DNA from: Planctomycetota bacterium
Lineage (GTDB): Bacteria > Planctomycetota > UBA8108 > SXIK01
Length of the DNA stretch: 64,000 nucleotides
NCBI GenBank assembly: GCA_965223265.1
Contig: OZ244999.1
Location: 1,120,001 to 1,184,000 of the forward strand
Reading direction: 5' to 3'
In this document: positions 19,387 through 29,798 of the stretch, piece by piece
How the letters are laid out: every line of letters starts with the position of its first letter
Numbering within the stretch: position 1 is the first letter of the stretch
Made by a program: the position numbers and the translations under genes
Notes under the pieces: generated by a model
What the model was told of the DNA's origin: nothing
Database searches by the model: none
Seen by the model: the letters and a program-made list of their open reading frames with translations, nothing else

Positions 19387-19426
19387 CGGTGCGCTTTTAC
19401 CGCGTTTACGGTGCGCTCTTACGGCG
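19387..19426. repeat. 18-bp imperfect direct repeat with a 22-bp period
   Basis: CGGTGCGCTTTTACCGCG (19387) and CGGTGCGCTCTTACGGCG (19409), 2 mismatches. Confidence 0.6.
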
Positions 19427-19749
19427 GCCTGTGGAGGGGGACGGAATCCTTTGACTTGGGAAGGCCAAAACAGAAGCTCGACTCTGCGGTTGCCATCCAG
19501 TCACGCCGCCACGATCAACCCGCGATACGGGAATTCCGTCGGGAGGGAGACGGATGGGTGACGCTCTCTCACCTGCTGCGCTCAGCTTGCATCGATTTCT
19601 CCAAACACGCGCATTACGGCAGGTGAGATCGCTACTGTCGGTGTCGCTGAGAGCACGGCTTCAACGAGCTCCTTGCACTGGGTTCGACGCGGCGGCAGTG
19701 TTTGCGGTCGGTTCGAGCAGACGCGAGTCCTGACGTTAGCGGCAGACTG

Positions 19750-20526
19750 TCAGCTATCGCTGTCGAGAACTCTACGCAGAATTCCGCGAACGAACGCACT
19801 GTACTCGTCGCGCATGGGCAGATCGAGCTCTGCCGCTACCCGACGTCGCCGAGCAACCGAGCGTTCGCCAGTCAATGGGTTTTCTCCCGCTCTTTCAAAC
19901 GTCGCCCAAATGAGGCCGATTCCTCGCTTCTGCCAGTTGGGGACGTCATTGAAGTTGGTGCCGCATTGAAACAGGAACTCATTTTTGTCGGCGACGGACA
20001 AGCCAAGCAGCGCTGAAGTTGCCGCTTTCGCACTGAGCCCATTCTCACGGTGCCTCCAATAACAGTATGCGTTCAGAGCATTTCTGTGCGCGTCTTCGTT
20101 GCGCCAACGGAAGTAATCCACCACGAGCTGCTCGGTTGGCAAGAGAGACAGGCGGCAATCAAAACACGCGAGATCGCCGAGCAGCAACGAGAACTTACTG
20201 CTAGCTTCTCCTGAGAGAATCGAGTTCAGCTTGCGGCTCTTCCGGCCGTACGATTTTTCCTCAGGATGTAACAAGAGCGAAATCTCATCGCTCTCGGTGT
20301 ATCCGTAGATCACGTTGAACCCGCAGGTCATCAAGTGGCGAGTCGTTTCGACCATGTGATCGCGGAACCGCTCGTCGAATGGCGCCTGGAATCTGTGGGT
20401 TTCCTTCGTTAATCGTGTGAAGTTTCGTCCGTCGAGACGTGCCACTACGAAAAGCCCTGGTAGAACGCAGTGGTCGTGGGCAGTCTCGTAGACTCGCATC
20501 TTCCTATCTAACTCATCGAATTTCAC
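19750..20526 (-). CDS. thg1: Thg1-like 3'-5' nucleotidyltransferase (tRNA-His guanylyltransferase family, TLP)
   Basis: MRVYE, ARLDGRNFT, PFDERF, YGYTESDEIS, RKLNS, FDCR, DYFRWR.EDAHRNALN, NFNDVP.WQKRG. Confidence 0.92.
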   Translation of the reverse strand: MKFDELDRKMRVYETAHDHCVLPGLFVVARLDGRNFTRLTKETHRFQAPFDERFRDHMVETTRHLMTCGFNVIYGYTESDEISLLLHPEEKSYGRKSRKLNSILSGEASSKFSLLLGDLACFDCRLSLLPTEQLVVDYFRWRNEDAHRNALNAYCYWRHRENGLSAKAATSALLGLSVADKNEFLFQCGTNFNDVPNWQKRGIGLIWATFERAGENPLTGERSVARRRRVAAELDLPMRDEYSAFVRGILRRVLDSDS

Positions 20527-20965
20527 TGCGCCAGCCCTCGACGAGAAAACCGCCGCCGTCCTCTATTCTCACGTAGTACAGTTCGTCAAATCCCTCCTCT
20601 ATCGTCGGAAGGACCAGACGCGCATGAGTTCCTCGGACCGCGAGTCCCGAGACAGCTCGTGGTTGCGGACGGGAGTCATTTCGCTGAAGTAGGTCGGCGA
20701 TCTTGGACTCAAAGTAGAAACCCTTGATCAAAAAGCCAAATTCCTTTGCGGAAGCCAGATACTTCGCCCTCTCCTCCACAGTCACGTTGGTGTTGTCGAC
20801 AACGAAACGCTGCTTCATCTCAAGACAGGCTCTCAGCAGGATATCCTCCCGGTGCCGTGTCCTGAGCATGTCGAGATTGATCCGCACGTGGCTATCAGCG
20901 AACCTCTGTGCGAAGAACTTAGATTTCCCAGATGCCTGGCACCCGATCAGAACGATGGCTTCCAT
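20513..20965 (-). CDS. AAA_33 family P-loop kinase (polynucleotide-kinase-like)
   Basis: Walker A GCQASGKS, RINLDML.TR, VVDNTN....R, P...EGFDEL. Overlaps the thg1 start. Confidence 0.85.
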   Translation of the reverse strand: MEAIVLIGCQASGKSKFFAQRFADSHVRINLDMLRTRHREDILLRACLEMKQRFVVDNTNVTVEERAKYLASAKEFGFLIKGFYFESKIADLLQRNDSRPQPRAVSGLAVRGTHARLVLPTIEEGFDELYYVRIEDGGGFLVEGWRSEIR

Positions 20966-21292
20966 GACAGATGTTTTACGTGCCCGAGGGTCAAATTCAA
21001 TCGACGATGACCTGCCTCCCGTTGGAAGTATGATCAGCGATTTGGGGCACTACGGGAGATGATCGGGAGTCTTCGTCACCGCGCATTTGCGGCGTCCTCT
21101 CGCGGGCTCGCGACGCCCGACGCGCGCGGGAGTCGGTGTGGTGAGGAGCGAGGAAAACGAGACTTTCGGTCTGGGGCGATCTCCAACTCGAGGGTCACTT
21201 GCGTCACTTTTCGCCGCTGCTCCGTGGGAAGCCCACTGTTTATCCAGTAGAGTGGTTCGCATGCGCCGAGTGGTCCTTCGGCAAACTAGTCA

Positions 21293-23569
21293 ATGGCGCG
21301 AAGGCTCCTAGGATTCTCTGCGACTGTCATGCGCGACCCGCTTTTCTGGCTACCGATCAAGTACAAGCTGCCGCTTACGATCGCGTTGGTCTCCCTCGTG
21401 GCCTTCGGCATCGGTGGCTTTTTGGTGACCTCGATCACCAAAGAAGTGTTCACGAAGCAGATCCACAAGGGGCTCGAGAGTAAGGCCCTCTGGGTGACGA
21501 ACATCGTTGATCGCCACTTCGAACTGGCCGCGCGCCGCGTGGAAGATTTCGCGTCCGACGGTTTCATCCGCATGGCGGTCGCTGAGATCCTCGACGGTGG
21601 GGGGGCGGATATTGGGCAGGAGAACTCCTCGGCTCGCGAGCGCCTGCTCCGCCACCTTTCAAAGAACAAGCTTCCTCTCGTGCCCTGGTTCGTCGGCGCC
21701 GGGGTTCTCGACCCAAAGGGTGAGGTGATGCTCACCGTCCCGGACCCTTTCGAAGTCCTGGCGGCGGCCCACTTGCCGCCCGCGACAGAGATTGGCCCAT
21801 TGATGACTCCCTCGACCCGATATCCCTTCCGTGCGTTCGTGATTTCGTCGCCGCTCGTGAGCCTCGACGGTCAACACCAGCTCGGGTTTCTCCAACTGCT
21901 GATCGACGTAGACTCCTGGATCGAGGGGATCCCCGAGTTAGCGCAGCTGGGCGACACTGGGCTCGCTCGCCTCCGCATGGTCGATCGCGCTGGAGTCCAT
22001 GTCTCTCTCCTGTCCGGTAACTCCACGTCCGACGACGGTGAGCCTCCCGAAAACTCAAGGATGCTCGAGTACGGCGCCGAACTGAGTCAGAGCGACGGCT
22101 GGAGACTGGAGCTGGCGGTCGACCGGGACGAGCTCCTGTCTCCGGTAGCTACCGTTTTCGGGCGCTTCCTCTTCGTCGGAGGGACGCTCTTAGTATTGAA
22201 TCTCGCACTGCTGTTCTTCCCTACTCGGTTCCTGGTGCGTCCGCTTCTCCAGCTTCGCAACGCAGCGCAGAGGATCGCGAAGGGCGACTTTTCGGCTCGT
22301 GTCCCCCAGCCTGCATCCCACGACGAGATCGGCGACCTCGCCAAGGCCTTCAACATCATGTCACGTGCGATCGAGGAGCGAACTGTCCGACTCGAGGATG
22401 CAGCTCAGCAACTCGCGAAGCGAGAAAGCCAGATCCGCTTTGAGCGAGATCGCCTGGAAACGACTATCCGTTCGATGCAGGACGGCCTCTTCATTCTGAA
22501 CGCCGAAGGTAAAGTGACACTGGCTAACGCTGCCGCGCGCAACCTCATTGAGAAGCTCGGGAGTGACGTCAACGGTGACCATCGCCTGGACTGCACACGA
22601 AGAAACGTGTCCGATCACGGCTGTCTCCACTGCCTCTCCAGCTCGACTCGGATTCCTACCTCCTGCATGGTGAACGTCGACGACCACATCTACGAAATCC
22701 ACGTGACCCCTCTGCCGCTACGGGAAGACTCACAGGCTGAGGGGCTCTACGTCAGTCGTGATATCACCGAGCGACTCGCCCAGGCAGAGCGTCAGGGCCA
22801 CCACGAGCGCATGCACGTCGTGGGCGAGATGGCCGCCGTCGTTGCCCACGAGCTCAACAACCCGCTGGCGGCGATCGTGATGTTCAGCCAAATGCTCCTC
22901 GACAGCCTGGAGGAAAACTCACCGCTACGCGAGCACGCTGAGGTGATCCTGCGCAATGCGAAGACCTGCAAAGGCACCATCGGCGGCCTGCTGGACATGG
23001 CGGCGTTCCCCAAGCCTGAGGTGTGCGAGGTCGATCTCCAGGAACTTCTTGCTGACGTCAGCTCTGTGCTCCGTCCGCTGGCCGGCAAGACGAACCGCGA
23101 GTTCAAGCTGGAGAACAACGCAGACGTCTCGGTCATTGCCGTCGAGCTCCAGCTCCGGCAAGTTCTCGTCAACCTCGTGATGAACGCCATTCAGGCCGGC
23201 GGCGACAAGAGGGGCCGTGTGACGATACGCACCGCGGTTCAAGGGCACGACATCACCATCGACGTCGAGGACGACGGTCCGGGGATCCCCGAAGGCATCC
23301 GCGACAATATCTTCAAGCCGTTCTTCTCGACCAAGCCGCCAGGAGTCGGCACGGGCCTGGGCCTTCCGACCTCCCGGCGCATCGTCGAAGCGCACGGCGG
23401 AACTCTCGAGCTACTCTCTTCTGCTGAGGGCAGAACCATCTTTAGAATTGTCCTGCCTCGCAAGGGAACGGCTTCCTCCGGACACCGACGAGGTCCCGTG
23501 TTCGGCGAGTTCATGAACTTCGACGAAACATTTTCCGATATGAGACCGCTGCATGGGAAACACCCCTGA
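21293..23569 (+). CDS. Membrane sensor histidine kinase (periplasmic domain, HAMP, Cys-rich PAS, HisKA/HATPase)
   Basis: Two TMs; HAMP RPL..L...A..IA.GDF..RV...DEIGDLA.AFN.M; AHELNNPL; QVLVNLVMNAIQA; DDGPGI; GTGLGL. Confidence 0.93.
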   Translation: MARRLLGFSATVMRDPLFWLPIKYKLPLTIALVSLVAFGIGGFLVTSITKEVFTKQIHKGLESKALWVTNIVDRHFELAARRVEDFASDGFIRMAVAEILDGGGADIGQENSSARERLLRHLSKNKLPLVPWFVGAGVLDPKGEVMLTVPDPFEVLAAAHLPPATEIGPLMTPSTRYPFRAFVISSPLVSLDGQHQLGFLQLLIDVDSWIEGIPELAQLGDTGLARLRMVDRAGVHVSLLSGNSTSDDGEPPENSRMLEYGAELSQSDGWRLELAVDRDELLSPVATVFGRFLFVGGTLLVLNLALLFFPTRFLVRPLLQLRNAAQRIAKGDFSARVPQPASHDEIGDLAKAFNIMSRAIEERTVRLEDAAQQLAKRESQIRFERDRLETTIRSMQDGLFILNAEGKVTLANAAARNLIEKLGSDVNGDHRLDCTRRNVSDHGCLHCLSSSTRIPTSCMVNVDDHIYEIHVTPLPLREDSQAEGLYVSRDITERLAQAERQGHHERMHVVGEMAAVVAHELNNPLAAIVMFSQMLLDSLEENSPLREHAEVILRNAKTCKGTIGGLLDMAAFPKPEVCEVDLQELLADVSSVLRPLAGKTNREFKLENNADVSVIAVELQLRQVLVNLVMNAIQAGGDKRGRVTIRTAVQGHDITIDVEDDGPGIPEGIRDNIFKPFFSTKPPGVGTGLGLPTSRRIVEAHGGTLELLSSAEGRTIFRIVLPRKGTASSGHRRGPVFGEFMNFDETFSDMRPLHGKHP

Positions 23570-24974
23570 ACTAGACATCCCCTGGAAGCCCGGCGAGCTC
23601 CGCGTGCTCGTCGTCGACGACGAGCACGACGTGCGCCTTGGCCTACGCATGCTGGCCGAATCGCTCAAGACCGATGTCACCGCCGCCGCGAGCGCGGAGG
23701 AGGCTCTGACCCTGATGGACGAGACAGTCGCCCACGTCATCATTTCAGACATCAGTATGCCTGGGCGATCCGGGCTCGATCTTCTCGATTCTGTGATGCG
23801 GGCTCACCCGGCAACTCAGGTGATTCTGATCACTGGGTTCGGGACCATCGACATGGCCGTTTCGGCGCTGCAAAGGGGTGCCGCACATTTTATCACGAAG
23901 CCCTTTAACAATGCGGACATCCTCTCGGCTCTACGCCGCTACGGAAGGGAGGCGCTCGTCAACGAACAGGTGCAGCGTCTAAAGAAGGGAGCTGCGTCCG
24001 AGAACGATCTGTGCCTCGTCGCGGAGGACCCGAAGACGAGGGCTATGCTGGAGCTCGTGCGACGCGTCGCTCCGACTCCGACTACGGTGTTGATTGAGGG
24101 GGAGAGTGGCTCGGGTAAGGAGCAGGTGGCGAGAGAGATCCATGCTGCGAGCGGCAATCGCGACCGCCGCTTCCTAGCGCTCAACGCCTCGGCGCTGCCA
24201 GATACGCTGTTGGAATCGGAGCTCTTCGGCCACCGGCGCGGCGCCTTCACCGGAGCAGACTCGGATCGCCAGGGCATTTTCGAGCAGGCCGCGGGAGGCA
24301 CCGTGTTCCTCGACGAGATCGCACTCATGTCCCGAGCGTTCCAAGACAAGTTGCTTCGAGTCATCCAGGAGCGAACTGTCGTCCCTCTCGGCACATCTTT
24401 GCCAGTCGATGTAGATTTTCGATTGGTGACCGCTACGAGCCGCGATCTGCGCGATCGCGTCCGTCAGGGCGAGTTCCACGAGGACCTCTACTACCGCCTC
24501 GACGTCGTCAAGATCGAAGTACCCCCTTTGAGGGAGCGGCCGGGAGACATCTTGCCGATTGCCGCTCACTTCCTCTCGCGATACTCCGCGCGGCTCCGAC
24601 CCGAAATGAATTCTCCCCAACTCTCCGACAACGCCATCGAAGCGCTTCACGAACACTCGTGGCCGGGAAACATCCGAGAGCTCGAGAACTGCATCCAGCG
24701 GGCACTCGTGCTTTCGCAGGGTCACATCATCCACGCCCGTCATTTGGGAATCGACGGCAGCGCGGCTGACAGCGAGGCCGACAAAGTCCTCTCTTACGGT
24801 GAAGGAAAGCAGCAAGCCGTACGGATGTTCCAGCGGCGCTATGTCGACACCGCCCTCCGGCGCTCCGGCGGTAATGTCACTCAGGCGGCCGAGCAGTGTG
24901 GCCTGACACGGGCTGCCTTGCAGCGGATCATGCGTTCACTCGATCTTGACCGCGGTCCCTTCCTAAAACCCTGA
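23553..24974 (+). CDS. Sigma54-dependent response regulator (NtrC/AtoC family)
   Basis: Receiver VLVVDDE...DISMPG; GESGSGKE, ESELFGH.RGAFTGA, TVFLDEI, DLYYRL, WPGNIRELEN; Fis-type HTH GNVTQAA..CGL.R. Confidence 0.95.
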   Translation: MGNTPELDIPWKPGELRVLVVDDEHDVRLGLRMLAESLKTDVTAAASAEEALTLMDETVAHVIISDISMPGRSGLDLLDSVMRAHPATQVILITGFGTIDMAVSALQRGAAHFITKPFNNADILSALRRYGREALVNEQVQRLKKGAASENDLCLVAEDPKTRAMLELVRRVAPTPTTVLIEGESGSGKEQVAREIHAASGNRDRRFLALNASALPDTLLESELFGHRRGAFTGADSDRQGIFEQAAGGTVFLDEIALMSRAFQDKLLRVIQERTVVPLGTSLPVDVDFRLVTATSRDLRDRVRQGEFHEDLYYRLDVVKIEVPPLRERPGDILPIAAHFLSRYSARLRPEMNSPQLSDNAIEALHEHSWPGNIRELENCIQRALVLSQGHIIHARHLGIDGSAADSEADKVLSYGEGKQQAVRMFQRRYVDTALRRSGGNVTQAAEQCGLTRAALQRIMRSLDLDRGPFLKP

Positions 24975-25210
24975 CGCGGCCGACGCGCGAAAGTACGCAG
25001 GCGCATACTCCAGTATGCAACGGCAAGTCTTCGCCAGGCTGTTGGTTGCGAACGGTGGTGGCATTGCGCCGCCGCGCGCAGTACGCGTCTCGGCCGTTCT
25101 CATCGCGCTGCGGCCCGTCTGGATCCACGCCTCGCTATCTTCCGTAACCGTCTTCCCGCGAAGAGGTTGAGAGCTCTCTCCGCATTGATCCTCTGTCTGC
25201 CGCGGCAGTT

Positions 25211-25226
25211 TGGCCACGTATTCGCT
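25211..25226 (+). promoter_or_regulatory. Sigma54 (-24/-12) promoter of the nar-act operon
   Basis: TGGCCACGTATTCGCT has GG-N10-GC spacing, lies ~40 bp before the AGGAG-led ATG at 25267, and sits directly downstream of a sigma54 activator gene. Confidence 0.65.
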
Positions 25227-25266
25227 AACTGGACCCAGTGGTTACGCTTTCTGAGGAGAGAGCTGC

Positions 25267-26142
25267 ATGGAGAGACTGGAATATTCTCGTCGACGCGCTG
25301 TCGCGATGCCTCTGGCGTTCACGTTGTCGCTTCTGGCTTTTGGCAACAGCGTCACCCAGGGCCAGGATGCGGTGATCGCCGACTACAAGCAGAACTGTTT
25401 GAGTTGCCACACGATCGGAGGCGGCCGCATCACCGGGCCGGACCTTCAAAACGTTGACGAGCGTAAGGATCGAGAATGGCTGGTCGGCTTCGTCATGGAT
25501 CCGCTGGGTGTTCTCAACTCTGGCGACGAATACGCGCTCAAGATTAAGCAAGAGGCGCAGAACGTAGTCATGCCGAATGTCCCCGGCATGACTCGCGAGC
25601 GCGCCGAAGCTCTACTCGATCTCATCGCGGCCGAGTCCAAGCTGGAGAAGTCTCAATTCGTCGGTGTCCAGATCAGCGACCGACCGCTCACCGCCGCCGA
25701 TGTTCAGCGCGGGCGGGGCATGTTCATGGGAACAGTCCCGTTTGCAGGCGAAGGCGCCGCGTGTGTTTCGTGTCACGTCGTCACCGGCCTCGGAGGACTT
25801 GGTGGCGGCAAGCTCGGTCCGGATCTCACAAAGATCTTCGAGCGTCGCCAAGGGCGCAAAGGCCTGGTGGCGTGGCTCTCCGCGCCAGCGACCCCTGTCA
25901 TGCAGGCCACGTTCCGCGATCACCCCTTGGAAGGGGAAGAGATTCTCGGACTGGTAGCGTTTTTTCGGGAAACAGCGCAGCTGGACGAAACGTCACACGC
26001 CAATGCGACCCTCATGTTCATCATTCTCGGGGTCGCCGGCACCGTCGGCGTGCTGATCGTCTTCGGCTGGATCTGGGGCTATCGCTTCAGATCCGTTCGC
26101 CGAACTCTACTTCAGAAACGACCGGTGGGAGAACCCGTATGA
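25267..26142 (+). CDS. narC: Membrane-anchored periplasmic di-heme cytochrome c (NarC-like)
   Basis: Signal peptide; CLSCH..GGG...GPDL and CVSCH..GG.LGPDL; C-terminal TM; stop overlaps the narG ATG. Confidence 0.8.
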   Translation: MERLEYSRRRAVAMPLAFTLSLLAFGNSVTQGQDAVIADYKQNCLSCHTIGGGRITGPDLQNVDERKDREWLVGFVMDPLGVLNSGDEYALKIKQEAQNVVMPNVPGMTRERAEALLDLIAAESKLEKSQFVGVQISDRPLTAADVQRGRGMFMGTVPFAGEGAACVSCHVVTGLGGLGGGKLGPDLTKIFERRQGRKGLVAWLSAPATPVMQATFRDHPLEGEEILGLVAFFRETAQLDETSHANATLMFIILGVAGTVGVLIVFGWIWGYRFRSVRRTLLQKRPVGEPV

Positions 26143-29100
26143 GCACGAACGGTAAGAATTCGTGGATTCACGACGAAGTCGCCCCCAAGTCTCGCGGCTG
26201 GGAAGAATTCTACCGCAACCGTTGGCAGTTCGACAAAGTTGTGCGCTCCACGCATGGCGTGAACTGCACAGGGGGGTGCACTTGGCAGATCCACGTGAAA
26301 GACGGCATCGTCACGTGGGAGATGCAAGGCCTTGACTATCCCTCGTTGGAGGCCGGCCTGCCGCCGTACGAGCCCCGCGGCTGTCAACGCGGCATCTCCT
26401 ACTCGTGGTACCTCTACAGCCCGCTCCGAGTGAAGTATCCCTACATTCGAGGCGCTCTACTCGACGCCTGGAAAAAGGCGCGCAGTAGCCACGAGGACCC
26501 CGTCGACGCCTGGACGGAGATGGTGGAGGACGAAACGATCCGGAGCCGCTGGCAGCGTGCCCGAGGCAAAGGCGGTTTTCGGCGGACGAGTTGGGACACG
26601 GTGCTCGAGATCATGGCGAGCGCCAACATCCATACGATCAAAAAGCACGGCCCCGACCGCATCGCAGGCTTCTCCCCTATTCCAGCTATGTCGATGGTCA
26701 GCTACGCGGCCGGTGCGAGGCTCATGCAGTTGATGGGCGGCATTTCACTCTCGTTCTACGACTGGTACTGCGACCTGCCCAACGCTTCGCCCGAATGCTG
26801 GGGCGAGCAGACGGACGTTCAGGAATCGGCTGACTGGTACAACGCGAAGCTGCTCGCTGTCATGGGGTCCAACCTCAACATGACGCGGACGCCCGACTGT
26901 CATTTCGCCGCCGAAGCGCGCCACAACGGCACGAAGATGTACGTCTTCTCACCAGACTTCAATCAGGTGGCGAAGTACGCCGATCACTGGGTGTCCCTCA
27001 ACGCGGGCCAGGACGGCGCCTGGTGGATGGCGACCAATCACGTGTTGCTCAAGGAGTTCCATTATGAGCAACAAGTGCCGTACTTCATCGACTACGCCAA
27101 GCGTTACACCGATTCTCCCTACCTCGTAGAGCTCACCGAGCGCGAGGGTGTTTTCAAGCCCGGCCAGCTTTTGCGCGCCAACCGTCTGTCTCCCTACGAG
27201 GACGTCGAGAACGGGGAGTGGAAGTTTCTGTTTTGGGACAAAGGGGAGGGCAAACCCAAGATGCCGATGGGTAGCGTCGGTTTCCGATGGGGAGAGGAGA
27301 AGGGCAAGTGGAACCTCGAGTTGAAGGACGGTGTGGATGGAAGTGAGATCGACCCAACACTCACCTTTCTCGACTCCAGCGATGAGGTCGCCCAAGTTCG
27401 ATTGGACGACTTTGCCGAGGGTTGCGTCCTGACACGCGGCGTTCCTGCGAAACGCCTCAAGACGTCGGACGGCTCCGAGGTTCTCGTCGCCACCGTATAC
27501 GACCTTCTGATGGCTCAGTACGGAGTGCCGAGAGGGCTCGAAGGAGAGTACCCCGAAGACTACGACGACGGCGACAAACCGTATACGCCCGCGTGGTCGG
27601 AGAAGTTCACCGGAATCGACCGTAAGGACCTCATCAAATTCGCTCGCGAATGGGGAACGACCGCGAAGTACACCAACGGGAGTTGCACGATCATCATCGG
27701 AGCTGGTATCAACCACTGGTACCACGCCAACCTGATGTACCGGGCAGGCATTCACGCACTCATGTTTTGCGGTTGCATTGGCGTCAATGGAGGCGGACTG
27801 GCGCACTACGTGGGTCAGGAAAAGTTGGCACCCGCTGAGCCTTGGGGAGCCATCGCCCTCGCCAAGGACTGGTACCCGCCATCGCGTGTCCAAAACGCGC
27901 CGAGCTGGCACTACGTCCACACCGACCAATGGCGATACGAGAAGGAATTCACCGACTATCATACGGTTCCCGCCGACCAGGAAGACGGCTCGCTCACGAA
28001 GGGGCATACGATGGACGTGCAGGTCCGTGCCGTGCGCAACGGCTGGCTCCCGTTCTATCCGCAGTTTCCGGAGAGCAGCCTCGAGCTAGTCAAGAAAGCC
28101 GAGGCCGCGGGCGCGAAGTCAGAGTCAGAGGTCGCTGAGTATATCGTCGACCGTCTCAAGGATCGTTCGCTGAAATTCTCTGTCGAGGATCCGGACGCTG
28201 CGGAGAACTGGCCTCGTGTCTGGTACATCTGGCGCGGCAACGCGCTGATGTCCTCTAGCAAGGGCCACGAGTATTTCCTCAAACACTACCTGGGGACCCA
28301 CCACAACGAGGTGGCAACCGACATCGCCGAAGAGGCGGTGAAGGAGGTCGTGTGGCACGAGAACGCGCCGCAGGGAAAGATGGACCTGGTGGTCGACCTG
28401 AACTTCCGCATGGACACGTCCGCCCTCTACTCCGACATCGTCCTCCCCGCCGCGACGTGGTACGAAAAGGCGGACCTCAATTCCACCGACATGCACAGCT
28501 TCATCCATCCGCTTTCCCAGGCGGTACCCCCCTGTTGGGAGTCGAAGAGCGATTGGGACATCTTTAAGAACCTTGCGCGAAAGTTTTCCGAGCTTGCGCC
28601 GCGTCACTTCCCCGAGCCGGTTAAAGATCTGTTGGCCGTGCCCCTCGCCCACGACACTCCAGCCGAGATCGCCCAGCCGAAGATTGTAGATTGGATCGAC
28701 GGGGACGTGGAACCGATTCCCGGCAAGACGATGCCGGGGCTGAAGGTCGTCACGCGCGATTACCAAAACCTCTACAACCAGTTCATCTCTCTCGGTCCGG
28801 TGGTGCGCAAAAACGGGCTCGGCGCTCACGGTACGGGTTACGCGATCGACGACTTCTACGATGAAATGCTCGCCACCCGTAGAGTCCAGGAGTGGGATGG
28901 AAACCGATTTCCATCAATCGAGAAAGACGTCGAGGTGTGTGACGCGATTCTCAACCTCGCCACTGTCACCAATGGCGAGCTTGCGTACCGCTCATACAAG
29001 AACATGGAGGAGAAGGTCGGGCTTCCGCTCGCCCACCTCGCCGAAAAAGATCGTAGCCGCCGGGTCGACTACGCCGGGCTGCAAGGCGCCCCCTTCCGGT

Positions 29101-29783
29101 TCAACAACAGCCCTATGTGGTCGGCCTTGATCGAGAACGGTCGAGCCTACTCGCCGTTCACTTACAACAAGGAGGCGCTCGTGCCCTGGAGGACACTGAC
29201 AGGGCGCCAACACTTCTACCTCGATCACCCCGGCTACCTGCAGTTCGGCGAGCACCTCCCGACTTACAAGCCGAAGCCTCTGCCCACCGAGTACGCTGAT
29301 CTCCGGATCAGTGAGCAAAGTGGACCGACACTGATGCTCAACTACCTGACACCCCACGGTAAGTGGCACATCCACTCGACCTACGGGGACAACGAGCGTA
29401 TGTCGACGCTGTCGCGAGGTGTCGAGCCGTTCTGGATCAACGACAAAGACGCGGCCGAAATCGATGTCGAGGACAACGATTGGGTCGAGGTCCACAACGA
29501 CCATGGTGTCGTGGTCACTCGCGCTGCGGTGAGCGCCCGGATCCCGCGCGGCGTTTGCATCATCTATCACTCGCCGGAGCGAACCTACTCGGTACCAAAG
29601 TCACCGCTTAGGAAGAATCGGCGGGCCGGCGGGCACAACAGCCTGACGCGCACTCGCCTGAAACCGAACTTGATGGTCGGTGGGTACGGTCAGTTCACGT
29701 ATCACTTTAACTACTGGGGACCCACGGGCTGCAATCGAGATACGCACATCTACGTGCGGAAGCTTCCGAAGCTCGTCTGGTAA
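26139..29783 (+). CDS. narG: Respiratory nitrate reductase alpha subunit (cytoplasm-facing NarG/NXR clade)
   Basis: Start ATG 26139; [72 protein letters not shown]. No Tat signal. Confidence 0.96.
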   Translation: MSTNGKNSWIHDEVAPKSRGWEEFYRNRWQFDKVVRSTHGVNCTGGCTWQIHVKDGIVTWEMQGLDYPSLEAGLPPYEPRGCQRGISYSWYLYSPLRVKYPYIRGALLDAWKKARSSHEDPVDAWTEMVEDETIRSRWQRARGKGGFRRTSWDTVLEIMASANIHTIKKHGPDRIAGFSPIPAMSMVSYAAGARLMQLMGGISLSFYDWYCDLPNASPECWGEQTDVQESADWYNAKLLAVMGSNLNMTRTPDCHFAAEARHNGTKMYVFSPDFNQVAKYADHWVSLNAGQDGAWWMATNHVLLKEFHYEQQVPYFIDYAKRYTDSPYLVELTEREGVFKPGQLLRANRLSPYEDVENGEWKFLFWDKGEGKPKMPMGSVGFRWGEEKGKWNLELKDGVDGSEIDPTLTFLDSSDEVAQVRLDDFAEGCVLTRGVPAKRLKTSDGSEVLVATVYDLLMAQYGVPRGLEGEYPEDYDDGDKPYTPAWSEKFTGIDRKDLIKFAREWGTTAKYTNGSCTIIIGAGINHWYHANLMYRAGIHALMFCGCIGVNGGGLAHYVGQEKLAPAEPWGAIALAKDWYPPSRVQNAPSWHYVHTDQWRYEKEFTDYHTVPADQEDGSLTKGHTMDVQVRAVRNGWLPFYPQFPESSLELVKKAEAAGAKSESEVAEYIVDRLKDRSLKFSVEDPDAAENWPRVWYIWRGNALMSSSKGHEYFLKHYLGTHHNEVATDIAEEAVKEVVWHENAPQGKMDLVVDLNFRMDTSALYSDIVLPAATWYEKADLNSTDMHSFIHPLSQAVPPCWESKSDWDIFKNLARKFSELAPRHFPEPVKDLLAVPLAHDTPAEIAQPKIVDWIDGDVEPIPGKTMPGLKVVTRDYQNLYNQFISLGPVVRKNGLGAHGTGYAIDDFYDEMLATRRVQEWDGNRFPSIEKDVEVCDAILNLATVTNGELAYRSYKNMEEKVGLPLAHLAEKDRSRRVDYAGLQGAPFRFNNSPMWSALIENGRAYSPFTYNKEALVPWRTLTGRQHFYLDHPGYLQFGEHLPTYKPKPLPTEYADLRISEQSGPTLMLNYLTPHGKWHIHSTYGDNERMSTLSRGVEPFWINDKDAAEIDVEDNDWVEVHNDHGVVVTRAAVSARIPRGVCIIYHSPERTYSVPKSPLRKNRRAGGHNSLTRTRLKPNLMVGGYGQFTYHFNYWGPTGCNRDTHIYVRKLPKLVW

Positions 29784-29798
29784 GAAAAGGAGACGCAA

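Noticed and set aside
19411-19626. Fragment HDQPAIREFRREGDGWV resembling a Uma2 endonuclease C-terminus
   Set aside because: Too short and weak to support a call.
25185-25198. FNR box upstream of the nar operon
   Set aside because: Only a TTGAT half-site; the ATCAA half is absent.
25761-26138. 126-aa Arg-rich N-terminal extension of NarG in the ORF track (could be mistaken for a Tat leader)
   Set aside because: It overlaps the narC frame. The real start is the ATG at 26139, which overlaps the narC stop and follows GGGAG.
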